DNA from: the human T2T-CHM13v2.0 reference genome, Homo sapiens
Length of the DNA: 64,000 nucleotides
Reading direction: 5' to 3' (one strand)
Assembly: GCF_009914755.1 (NCBI RefSeq)
Contig: NC_060930.1
This document shows, piece after piece, positions 51,311 to 64,000 of this stretch. Both the position numbers and the translations under genes were made by a program. The notes below the pieces were generated by a model, which worked only from the letters and a program-made list of their open reading frames with translations, was not told the origin of the DNA and searched no databases. Numbering within the stretch: position 1 is the stretch's first letter; every line of letters starts with the position of its first letter.

Positions 51311-52598
51311 TACAGGAGCACACACACACATACACAAATGTTAGTTGTGTCAAGTTGGTGATAGAATTGTTCAAGTCTTCTAAATCCTTGATGATTTATC
51401 GTTTAGAACTTGATCAATTATTGAGAGTCAGATATTGAATTCTTCAACTTCTATTATTGAATTCACTATTTCTCCTTTCAATTCTATCAGTTTTTAGTTT
51501 ATGAATTTTGGGGATTCTGTTATTTGTTACATCTTCTTAATGTATTGACCATTTTTTAAATTGTGAAATATCCTTCTTTGTCTCTGAAACTATTTTGAGT
51601 TTCGAAGTCTATTTTGTTTGATAATAATACAGCCACTTCAGTTCTCTTATGGATATGTTTGCATTATACATCTTTTTCTATTCTTTTGCTTTCAACTTAG
51701 TTGTGACTTTGAACCTAAGATATGTTCCTCGCAGGTGGCGTATAATTCATTCCTGCTTTTAAAATACAATCTAAAAATCTCTGCCTCTTGTTTTTTTAGA
51801 CCATTTATACTGAATGTACTTATTTTTATAGTTGGATTTACATTTGCCGTTTTGCTATTTTTTCCCATGTCTCCTATTCCTCCTTGACTGCTTGCTTTGT
51901 ATATTAAATAAAAATTTAAGGGTACCATTTTGTTTAATGTTTATTTTTAGCTATGTTTTGGTGTATTTTGCCTAAATTTTTGAAGAACAGTTTTGTTGGA
52001 TATAGAATTATTGGTTAACAATATTTTCCTTTCAGCACTTTGAATGTCATTTCTCTGCCTTCTGGCCTCCATTGTTTCAGATGAAAGTCAGCCATTAATC
52101 ATACTGATGCTTCTTGTGCATGATGAATTATTTTTCTTTTGCTTCTTTCAAGATTTTCTCTTTGTCTTTCAAGAGTTTATGGTATGTCTAGGTCTAAATT
52201 TTTTATTTATCCCACTTAGAGTTTGTTGAGCTTCTTGGATCAGTAGATTAAAGATTTTCATCAAACTTTGGAAATTTTATGCCACTATGTCTTCAAATGT
52301 TTTCACTGTCCCTTTCTATTTGATATCTCTTGGGACTCCCATTACATATATTTTGGCACAATTTATGTTGTTCCACAGGTCTGGTCTGTGATGGTCCATT
52401 TATTTTTCTTCATTTTTTTCTTCCTTGTTCTTCAGATCGGTGATTTCTATTGATCAATCCTCAAGTTCAGTGATTCTGTCTTTTGCCATCTTGAATTTTC
52501 TACTGGGACCCTTTAGTAAATTTTATTTTAGCTCTATTATTTTCAACTCCATAATTTTTATTAGTTTCTTCTAAAATAATTTCTGTGTCCTAATTTAG

Positions 52599-52999
<401 letters not shown>

Positions 53000-55534
53000 T
53001 AAGTCTTTGTTGTCTAAAGCCAGCATTTGAGGACACTCAAGACAGTTTGTATTGATTTAATTTTTTTTGCATATAAATCACACTTTATTATTTGTGTGTC
53101 TTGGATTTTTTTTGTTGAAAACTAGACATTTGAGATAATCTGTTACAACAACTTTGGATTCTGATATTTCTCCCCGTGAAGGTTGCTGTTTAATTTATTT
53201 GTTTTGTAACTTGCCTGGGCTGAATCAGTGAAATCTGCAGCATGTGAACAATTATGTCTCAGCTCAATTTTGTTTTTAATATTCAAATTTTTATTTATAA
53301 GATTGCCTTTCTAAGGGTCATCTTTGTATTTGCCTAGTATAGTGGTCAGCCAATAATTTGACTCAGTCACAAGCTAGAACACCGAAGAGTTCCACTATTC
53401 TTACCCAAAGTTTAGCAGTTTTTAAAGTATAAATACTTCTCAGATTATTATATGCCTTTGATTGATTTTCAGAGTGCTGAAATGGTTGTTTTTGTTAATT
53501 ATATCTAGATGTATAGTTGCTTTAGGGGGTATAAGCTTTGTTGATCTCCTTACCTGAGCCATAGCTAAAAGTTCTTCCTTCCATAGGAAAGTAGTTACTT
53601 GACTGGTATACTTGTAAAATGGCTTTATTAGACTCTTTCTTCTGTGAGCTCTTTGGTGGGTTCTTGAGAGCCTATTCAGTTGGGCCCTTCTAACTGAAAC
53701 CCCTATGACACTGGCTGTGTATTCTCTTCCTTCAGCTGCTTCTTTCTTACTTGGCTGGCTTTTTCAATGGTCCACTTCACACTAACTCTCAACATCATGG
53801 TCCCATAATTTTTTCAGGTAGTCCTTTCGGAAAAGATCTTGAAAATAGTTCCTGGCTCACTTTCTCTTCATGTGGCCCATATATGGTCCTCAGGAAATGT
53901 GCATTAATCCTTGTCCTGGCAAGTTCAAGGAGTACCAGCCTTCCCAACAAAGCAACTACTCTTCTTTAATCCACCACCAAATCAATTCACCGTCTGTGTC
54001 TCTTGTCTTCTAGATTTCCAGGCTGGAGTCCAACACTGCCCATAAGTTCCAACTTTAGGGGGCACTTAGTGAGGTCCTTGAGTCATCTCCCTGAAGCTCT
54101 CCTCAATGTAGGAATGGGTAAAAAATTCAGTACAGTTCTCTCAAAGAAATCCTCCTCATAACATTCTTTCTCAACCCCCACACTTCCAATTCTTTTTATA
54201 AACTCCTTGTAGGAAGGGATTTTTGGAGGCATAAAACTGGTTCCCAAATATTTCCTTTTGAAAATCTGCTTCTTACTCTGAAACATTATTTTAGAATTTC
54301 TTATCTATTGTATCTTGTTGCCCCCATTAAAACTTCCAATTTGGCATTTTATTACACTTGTGTTTATTTTTAGAGACTTCTGGTCCCTATCAGACTAAAC
54401 ACTGTTTCTTAAAGCTATGGGATATTCATAGATATTACGTGAAAAATGGGACCTAGGAAAAAATAACTTTGGGGAATAAATACTGTGGTAAGCAAAGGTA
54501 GGCAGATCTCTTTTGCTATAGGAATTCTCAAATTCTTCACTATGTTAATATGAACTACGAAGTTACAAGTAGGGCATATAGACTATAGATTTTATAAAAT
54601 TATTTGACCATGAGGACCCCTCCCCTACCTTTTTTGAAAATTGTTTCAAAGGATTAGTATTCTATAGGAGGTATTTTGGAAATATTAGCCTGGAAGGTAC
54701 CAGTGGAAAGGAAAGGTATATTCTTCTTCATCCAGAAAACTCGCCTAAGGGAGACAACATGTTATTGTCCTTCACCTACTCCTCATCCTGGGAATTTTGA
54801 AAGTTTCATGTGTTTTTATGTTTTTGCTTTTTTTTAAACCTGATTGTGGTAAAGCTTAATGGCGTAGTTCCTCCACTAGACCATGAATTCCTTGTGGAGA
54901 GGAACCTCGTCTTATTCATCTTATATCTCCAGGGCTTATGAAAGTGCCTGGCACCTAGCAGGACCGAATGAGCCAAAGTGTTAGTGGAGGGTTTCTTTAC
55001 TTCTTCTTTTAAAGAAAGTAAGAAAGGTCTCCACACTGGGGTCCCAAACCACCGACATGCAATAGTCAGACAAGCCTATTATTGGGTGCTTATGAAACCT
55101 GCCAGTGTGTGAAAATCTGTGCTTATAAATATTTGGCATACAGAAGAATGTGTATGCAAATTAAATGTGCAAATGTCCTGTGCTCTTTCCAAGGGCAACC
55201 AGGTTGAGTTTTCTTTTTCTTTATATCTGTGAGTGTGATTGTGTACACACAGCTTAAGAGACGAGTTGCTAAGAACTTTCTGAAAGAAATGAATGGGATA
55301 AAACAGATTGCCAAGTTACTGAGTGGTAATTAAGAACAGATTCTTAACATTATCACTTTACCATTTTTAAGCTATTTTCCTTTAAAAGACAAAACCACTG
55401 AATGATGAAATGTGTCATGCTTCTCCTGATGTCCCTGAGTCTTTGCTCAGTTGCACACACATCCATATGCCAGTCCAAAGTCACACATCCTGAACATTGT
55501 AAGCAGTTTCAAACTATTTTTCAATGGAGAAAAA

Positions 55535-55590
55535 TGTGTATGTGTGTGTCTGTGTGTGTCTGTGTGTGTGTGTGTATGTGTGTGTGTGTG
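55535..55590. repeat. Imperfect (TG)n microsatellite
   Basis: TGTGTATGTGTGTGTCTGTG... run. Confidence 0.9.
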
Positions 55591-57179
55591 AGACCCATCA
55601 TCACCCCCAATATAGATCACCTGGGGAAACTTATTTCTTTTAAATATTCCAAAATATAATTTTACCCTGAAGCTAACTGGAATACTTGGCCCTGAGCATT
55701 ATTTTTCAAAGGATTTTGAGCTACTGAAAATGGGGTATAATGGAAGTTTTGTATGTGATCATGACAGTGCAAGTACCCTGGCTCCAGAAATAACAAAAGT
55801 GGTGGTGGCTACTAGCAGGAATGGCCTTTGCAGACTGGGGACCTTGGGCTCTGATCACAGATTGGCAGGAGGATGGTCAGAAAAGAATTCCACTCCATTT
55901 CCCACCCATTTTGGCACTCTACTCACTGTGCGATAGTCCCTCTCAATTTGGCCAGGTGTGGTGCAGTGGGCCACAGTTGCCTTGCTGGCCTTTGAGGGAG
56001 GCCACATGCCAGATTAGACATACGCGTGGCCTGTCTCTCTGCGGGGGTGGAGGGCCGCCGCCACTATGTCCTGGAATTGTGTGTCTTGTGGTTAAACACT
56101 TGGGGTTTTGACGTAGGCAAGGCAGCAGAGCCGACCCTCAAAGCTGCTGCAAACAACCTGAGAAGGCTTCTCAAAAATGCAGTCCTGCTCCTCAGGAGGA
56201 GATGGCCTTTATGGGGGCAATTTTCTGATTGCTGCCTATTTGCTGTGGTTATGTTTGAGCCAGGGGAGATTTCTTAACTCCAAGAAAGAGGTTTGCAGAA
56301 AGCTGGACTCCAGAAACCTGTACGTTAACGTTGAGTACATTCTTAAAATTAACTAACAGAGGAGCTGTGTGTGTTGGGTGGAGGGAGTGGGTATAGAGGT
56401 AGGAAAGAGGGCAAAGAGAAGAAAAGGCATATAAGAACAGTGGTCATCTGTAAGGTACAAATATTCTGCAATTTAATCCTTACTCTCGCACCATGGGATT
56501 GGTCCTTCTATTAGTCTGAATTTTGCAGAGAAGTGAAATGATGCTCTTACTTACAAGAGTCAGAGCTGGAATTAGAAACCAGGTTTTTCTCATGCCATAT
56601 TCTGGGGTCATTTCTACCACATGACAATGAGGACCTAAAATATCTTCAAGTTGTTGGGACATGCAGTTCATGTTCTATTGATAAGTATGTACTTTCAGGA
56701 AGAAATTGTGGTAGCCATGGGCTTTTTCTCTCTTTAGCTGTATCCTTGGAAGTTACCGTGAGATAATAGAAGTCCAGGAGTCTTGTCCTGAACAGTGGAG
56801 GTTGTATCCCTTACTAGAAGTGACAGAAGCAGGATAGGCCCCAGGATCAGGCTCATGATCAAAATACCTGAAGTGTGATGTGTCTGTGCTGGATGGGGTC
56901 CAGTTCAAGACAAGTTGCTTCTGCCTTCTAGGCATTAACAGCACACCTGATAACAAAGTTTGACACCTCCCTGAACAGAGTCTAAGAGCCAGCAGATTGA
57001 TACTGACCACATAAGTGGTAGGATGAAAAAGACTTTGAAATTTTGAGGCATCCTTTTCCTTCCAAGTTTCAGAAGAACTTATTGAGGTAGAGGCTTTCAA
57101 TTTATTTTGCTTCATTTGAACTTTACAACAATACTTTAGGGTGGAATAATTTTCATCCCATGTTGTTGTTGAAGAACAC

Positions 57180-57630
57180 TGTATTTTTTAGGATTCTCCT
57201 ACTAATAGGAGATTCAGAGAAACAACCAACAGGATGTAGTATATGAATATTGAGAGAGAGAGAGACTGATTTTAAAGAATTGGCTTATGCAATTATGGAG
57301 GCCTGGTAGTCTAAAATCTGGAGGGTAGACCAGCAGGGGTAGGCCAGCAGGCTGGAGACCCAGGGAAGCATTGCAGTTGGAGTCCTGAGGCAGTCTGCTG
57401 GCACAGTTCCCTCTTGCGGGGTGGGGGTCAGTCTTTGTTCTATTAAGAATTTCAGTTGATTGCATGAGGCCTACCTACATTATGGAGGGTACTCAGCTTT
57501 ACTCAAAGTCCACCAATTTAAATATTAATCTCATCCAAAACCACCTTCACAGAAGTATCCAGAATAATGCTTGATCAACTATCTGGGCACTGTGGCACAG
57601 CCAAGTTGACACATGAAGTTAACCATCACA
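57180..57630 (-). mobile_element. ERVL solo LTR (MLT2-type) inserted in a MIR
   Basis: AAGAATTGGCTTATGCAATTATGGAGG...CCAAGTTGACACATGAAGTTAACCATCACA. Confidence 0.85.
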
Positions 57631-58303
57631 AAAACTATGCTTGAGAAAGTTTCCTGCCATGCTGAGGTCACACAGCAGTGAGAGGCAGGGCTGGGATTTA
57701 ACCAAGGTCTTTGGTTCAAACACTTGCTATAGTCCACAATAGTAAATCAGAGAAAGGTATATGTTATTTGCGGAGAGTCACATATTGATTAGATGACATA
57801 TTCATGGGGCCTTCATTTATTCTTCAGAAAGTCTTTACGGAGTGCTATTGTGGTCCATGCTGTACTAGACTAGGATCTCTACCCCTGGAGAGTGAGCAAG
57901 TGACTTTTGTGAAGCCTGCTTCTTATCATGATAGGCTGGGCCTTGGAAGTATATAGTGAGCTTTGGAAGCCAGGTCAACCATAATGTGCTATTTGAGAAT
58001 CTTTCATCAAGCAGGTACAATTTTCCAGATGAGTAGTGTGCTACAGAGGGCCTCACTGTATGTTCCGGGAACATTCCTAGAATATGCAGGTGAAGAAGGA
58101 TGAAACCCCTTTCTTGGGAATCTTGAGAATAGGAGAGACTCCCACATTAGGACCCTGTGAGTGATAGGGCTGGGGGTAGGGAGTGAATCAGATGATCTTC
58201 GAGTGGGCCCTACTACTTCATGGACTCTTCAGGGCTTGCCAACCTCAAAAACAGCTCCTCAGCACTGACAGCCACGTATTTTATGAATTTCACTTGCTCC
58301 TCA

Positions 58304-58635
<332 letters not shown>

Positions 58636-58722
58636 CACTTGGGCAAGGATGGAGAGACTCCCCTCTCCCAGACCTAGAATGCTTGCTCCTCAGCCTCACT
58701 TCCCCTGTTTCTGTCCTCATGA

Positions 58723-59105
<383 letters not shown>

Positions 59106-60833
59106 AAATCTGATCCTCTCTTAAAGAGAGTTTGTGGAAGGCATCCTCTGTCTTCTGTATTACAATCTCACTGGTCAGAACTTGATCTCATAGCAATTGT
59201 GAGCTACCAGGGAGTCTGGGATGGTGAATATTGTAGATTTCTAACTTCTTTAGTTGAGAAAGGCAAGGTAGAATGGGTTTGTCAATGGCTTCTGGAAACC
59301 TATTTGCAGGGTCTGCTGAAGAACAGAGCTCACCTTGCCAGTGGAGCCTTGATATGAGAGAGGGAATGGAAGGAGGTAAAAGTGGGGTATTATGCCAGGG
59401 AGAGCAATCCCACAGTGACCAAACAGCAGCTCCCTGCTGCAGGGCCCTCGGTGGCTTGGGTCAAAACAGCGTGGCCTCTACCGAGAGGCCCAGCCCTAAG
59501 ACAGCTCCTTCTGGCAATCAGCTCTAACCAGCTGCTGCCAAAGAGGTAAACACATTCCAAGTCCTTGAGTCCCTGCTGCACTGTAACTGTGGTTAAAACA
59601 CAACCCCGCCTCTACCAGTTTGGGCTAATGGAAAGTTCACCATAGTTGTGTTTTAATGATGATTTGCAATTATCCGTGCCCCCTCCCATTCATGGTGAGA
59701 TGAATACCTAAACACTTATGTTGTCTAACCATATAAGTATTTTGCATCTCACGTGTATCATTTTAAGTTCATTTCATTCTCCAATCCTTGGGAACCATGA
59801 AGGATAACACATTACATTCTCTTTTTTTTTTTTTTCCCCTCTGGAAGATCATGCATTACATTCTCTTTTTTTCTCTGGAAGGGTGGCCCTTAAACCAAGC
59901 CATTTCCCTAAGCCCCTTTGGTGAGGTGGAGAAACAGACAACCACTAACACAGAACAACCACTGAACACCCAGAAAACTGTATACAGGTCATCACCCAGT
60001 GGGGGCACCATTTGCTTGCAGAGGGAGCTGGGGAAAATAGGAAACAGAGAAGATCAAATACTCCCCGTGAGGGTGTTGCCAATCCCAGAGAGGACAATTG
60101 CTCTTGACCAAAGCAATCTCTAGTTCAGTCAAGGAGACAGACCACAATCACATTTAAAAAAAAAAGAAAAAAAAAAACTAAAAGGAAATTTTAAAAGTAT
60201 GAATAAGAGCTATTGTAAACTGCTCAAACTATGCATACAAGCAATGAAGTAAGATGAATTGACTGGCACTGAATTGGAAAAGCTATACAGAGGCAGGGAG
60301 TGTGGAACATAATTTAATAAAAATAAACTTAAAAAAATATATATACACTCCCAAAAAAGAAATGGAAAAGTTGTTAGGGCGTGGACCAGGACTCCTAATT
60401 AGCTGTTCTGTTGTGCCTGATTTCGCTCCTGTCTTGCCCAGCACCCCTTGGGACACACTGTCCAGTGCAGGGACACTTTGGGGAGGGACAGGGGATTCCT
60501 TGGCACCGGGACCTCCACCTCCGAGCCGGCCTCAGACCAGGCCATTTGCCCGTAGCCCAGAGGAGGAGCCGGGGAGAAACCCGCTGCCCAGGTGGCCACT
60601 TTTGCCTCTTTGACCCTTCCATGTTTCCAAAACAGAAGGGGCCCTGAGAACGCTCCCTGCCAAAGTGGGGAACAGCTACCCTCATTGTACGCCTCGCCCT
60701 GCCGGCGGCGCTCTCCCCCCGCCTGCGTTCGGTCTGAAAGTGTGAAAATTACAAATCCCAAGAAACTGCAATCAGAAGTCTACCTAGGGAAAATTCAGAG
60801 TAACCTTGCCATAAATATCCCGCTCCAAGACGC

Positions 60834-60843
60834 CTGACGTCAG
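60834..60843. promoter_or_regulatory. Palindromic cAMP response element (CREB/ATF site)
   Basis: CTGACGTCAG containing consensus TGACGTCA (60835-60842), adjacent to GC boxes inside the island. Confidence 0.75.
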
Positions 60844-60899
60844 AGCGGGGCGGGCGGACGGGCGCGAGGCCGGGCCTGGAGGGGCGGCAGCCGCGGCTT

Positions 60900-60995
60900 C
60901 CCGGGGATAGCGCGGAGCACGCAGCAGCGAGCGGAGCGCGGGCGGCGGCGCCGTACCTCGGGCTGCGGGAGCGCGGGCGCCCTGGGGTCCTCGGA
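60900..60995 (+). other. Probable non-coding first exon (start approximate)
   Basis: GC-rich, no ATG, ends at donor GGA|GTAAGT (60995|60996). Confidence 0.6.
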
Positions 60996-61511
60996 GTAAG
61001 TGCGGCCGGCCCTGGCGCTCCCCGTCTTGGGGCCCGGGCCGCGGGGAGCCCTCTCCGCTGGGCTCCCACACTTCTCTCCCTCTGCTTTCTTTAGCATGCC
61101 CCGCGGGGCTTGGGGAGGCAGCAGCTCCGCAGGCTGGCGGTTTTGTTTCTCCAAAGTGTTTGCAGGAGCCGCCGACCCCGGAGTGGGCTCCCAGGGCCTC
61201 TGTGTGTGTGAGTTGTGTGTGTGTATGAGTGTGATTGCGTGTGTCTGTACTGGCACATCTGGACATAGGAAATGTCTTTGGAAAACTTTTTAAAAATGTT
61301 TTTTGCGGCTTTGAAACCTGACCCCTGGTTGTCACAAGTGGACAAACACAGAAGATACCCCGCAAAACTGACAACTTTTTGGTGGTGGCTTTTCCGGGTT
61401 CGGCTTGAACCTTCACTTGGCTGGGCTGAAGTCTTCACAAGCCCCCAGCTCCCACTTGCAGGCCTGGCCTCTGGCCAGTGGGCAGGGCAGCCGTGAGGTT
61501 CTTGTTCTCAG

Positions 61512-61673
61512 TGGCAGTGGGACCCTGGGCGGGGGAAGGAGCATCTCAGGAAAGGGGTCCCCGGACTCTGGGGCTCTCAGCACCTGCGGTCGCAAACCAA
61601 CCTCATGCCCTGACTTTACCAGGCGTCGGGACTCTGACTTAACCGGGGAATGAGGGACTTGGTCTGGCGGCAG
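61512..61673 (+). other. Candidate second or alternative 5' exon
   Basis: Acceptor TTCTTGTTCTCAG| (61511) or CTCTCAG| (61580); donor CAG|GTAATT (61673|61674). Confidence 0.4.
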
Positions 61674-64000
61674 GTAATTTTGTGAAGAGGATGAGAAGGA
61701 AGAGGGGGAGGTGGTGGTGATGGCCAGGACGCTGTGGCCCTGTGTCCAGCCGTAGCTTGGGAGTGGGATGGTTGGTTCTGCCACATGGCCACGGTGAGGT
61801 ACGTGCCAGGTTCTCCAGGAGTGCCGCGTGTGGTGCCCCAAACAAGATGCAAGCTCCTAACATAAAGAGACGTGTCTGAGCTGTGGGGTGGAGGAAGGGG
61901 GGCGGTGGGGGAGAGGGAGATTTTTATCAAAATTGAACACAGATTGCTGAGATCTGGGCTTGATTTAACTCTTCTCTCTCTGCCTCGGCCACTTCTCCAC
62001 AGTTTTGGAGTGGATTTGGAACGTTTCTCGGAGGGTTAGAGGAAAATCACACCTCTCCGGAAAAGAGTCCCCATAGGTTTTCCCTTGATGCCCACGTGGG
62101 AATGAAAGCAGCTTCCCATCTTTAAAAAGTTCAAAGTCTTGTGTTTTCCCCCTTCTGAGTTTGGTGTTAGTTTCCTGAGTTTCTTTGCAAAGCCAGCTGA
62201 AGCGGGGGATGGATTTTCCCTAGGGCCTAGGGCGGAAAGTGTGCTCCACGGAGAGTAGGGGAAAAAAGCAGCAGTGAGGCTGTATCGATCCATCATCCCT
62301 GAGTAGCACAGTGCCAGGCACTGCCTGTCAATAGCTGGGTTCCACAAACGAGTGACCACAGACAGACTGAATTTTCAGCTTTGAGCTAGCCAGGTCTCTG
62401 GTTTTGTATTTTGCAGTAGAGCCAACCTACAATGTCTGGGTGGGAGGAAGATTACTGGACTCTCCCTCTGTCCTAGAAAAATGAGAAAATGAAGGGACAG
62501 GGAGGAAATCTGGATGTAAAAACAGACCCACAGGAAGTTAAGATTCAGGAAGGATTTTAGAAATTATATAAATTGAACCCCAGGGAAGCTCCATAAAAGA
62601 TGGAGCAGGCAGCAATGTCAGAAACAGACTCATTTAACTTCAGGAGTACGTTGTCAACTGAAGTGTAATGAAGGAGGAGGAAATCATCCCATAGGCAATG
62701 TAAACAAGGGTGCATGTAAACAGGAGTGACTGGTCCCCATGAGATGCACATGCCTATGTGTTTTTACACATACATGACTGTGTGGTGATGGCCATGGCCT
62801 TAGACATGGGAGGATAAATGGTCTATTTCTTCATCTGTGCTGGGAACTCCATCTAACCCCCATTTCTTCCTTTATGCAAACAACTGTGCTATTATTGTCT
62901 TGCTCCCTGGTAGTTGCAAACTCTGGCTCCTAACTCCCAGCTGAGTTTTCAGAGCTTTTCCTCCAGCGCCTCGGATGCTGAGGGAATACTCGTGCCCCCA
63001 TCAGGACAAAAAGAGGAGAGAACATTCTCCTGGGCATTAGAACTTAGAGAGTCAGGGGCTCAAGAAGGCGGAGGCTGTGCAGGCAAGACCAATAGGAAGG
63101 CCTGTAAATGATTTTGTTTTTGGTGAGCGTGGAGGAAGTTGAAATACTACTGCTTGCTGTGAGAACATGTTCTCTCCCCAGTCTTCTTTCCCGACTGTCT
63201 CCAAAGTTTTTGATGCAAAACAGATTAAACTCCCCATTACTAAAGAGCCTTGGATCCAGGTGTAAAGAATGAAGATAAAGGGTAAGTACAGGCAGTAGAG
63301 AAAGCATAGAGATAATGAAAGATGAGGCTTTCTTATTTGATTTTACTAGAGCCAATGGAAGTAACAAGTTTAAATGTTCTCATTCATTTCCATTATTTAA
63401 ACATAGAAGACTACCCAGGGACAGAAGGGACCCCTCGGAACAGGATTCCCAGAAATACTCTTATCCCAGCATACAACTCCTCAGGGACAGGTGAGGGGCA
63501 AGAACTGGGTTTTCAACTCTTTCTACATGTGGGGTTTCTGGGAGTGCTGCATGTGGGATCAGTGGAGTCCTGATGCTTCTGGGCTTGTACTAGGAGACAT
63601 TTCACTATGGCCGGGATGAATTCCCAGGCCATGGATGCCTAGGCTGACATTGAAGCCTTCTCATGGCTCATTCTATCAGTTCAATCTTCTGGCCAGCTCT
63701 TTGGTCATCTTTGAGATTAGATTAAGTAGATGGGATGCATTCCAAGACATCCTTGAAGGTCCAGAGGGCAAACACAGCTGGCAGAAAGAACAAGTTGAAG
63801 GATATCCTTGGCTTTGATAGCGGATGACCCTCTAGATCTCAACAGCCAGAGACTCTGTCAAGGATCCTGTGTCATTCAGCCCTAGACTTCAGAGGCAGCC
63901 CGACAACAATGGAAAGAGTGCAGATTTCTGATCAGCTGCCTGGAGAGAGAGAACTGTGACCTAAATACGAATTAGTAACCTGGGCTACATGACTTATTCC

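Larger units (their letters stand above)
60690..61200 (+). promoter_or_regulatory. CpG-island promoter of an unidentified + strand gene
   Basis: Sharp rise in GC and CpG against a CpG-depleted background; GC boxes GGGGCGGGCGG at 60847-60857; downstream splice donor. Confidence 0.88.

Noticed and set aside
59993-60010. CCAGTGGGGGCAC as a CTCF site (also TTTAGGGGGCAC at ~54054-54065)
   Set aside because: Spacing or 5' half deviates from the core; too weak without ChIP data
60749-61438. Long minus-strand ORFs (up to 210 aa) across the CpG island
   Set aside because: Ala/Pro/Arg/Gly-rich low complexity expected from stop-poor GC-rich DNA; no recognisable domain
60900-61673. Assigning a gene symbol to the promoter
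   Set aside because: No coding exon in the window and I cannot reliably recognise the 5'UTR

Overview
This is primate genomic DNA, probably human or great ape, judged from the AluY, L1PA, MER41/MER51 and MST content; it is not microbial. About 60 kb is repeat-rich and apparently non-coding. It contains a full-length but inactivated ~6.17-kb L1PA3/4-type LINE-1 (4934-11100), a twin-primed 5'-inverted L1PA (35316-36985), about 13 Alus, several ERV1/ERVL/MaLR LTRs, two Tigger DNA transposons and old L1M/L2/MIR relics. Near the end is a CpG-island promoter (~60690-61200) with a palindromic CRE, GC boxes and a short, ATG-less first exon of a + strand gene that I cannot name. No intact cellular protein-coding exon is recognisable, and almost all ORF-track entries are repeat-derived or chance ORFs. 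I found no evidence for a new biological system. The most interesting signals are small-scale: a fold-back templated insertion in L1 ORF2, a 19-bp micro-inversion in an Alu, one target site apparently used by two successive L1s, a duplication giving overlapping CTCF-like motifs, a MER41/MER51 fusion remnant, and candidate lncRNA exons. Repeat subfamily names come from recalled consensus sequences and need RepeatMasker/Dfam confirmation. Boundaries of old elements are approximate.
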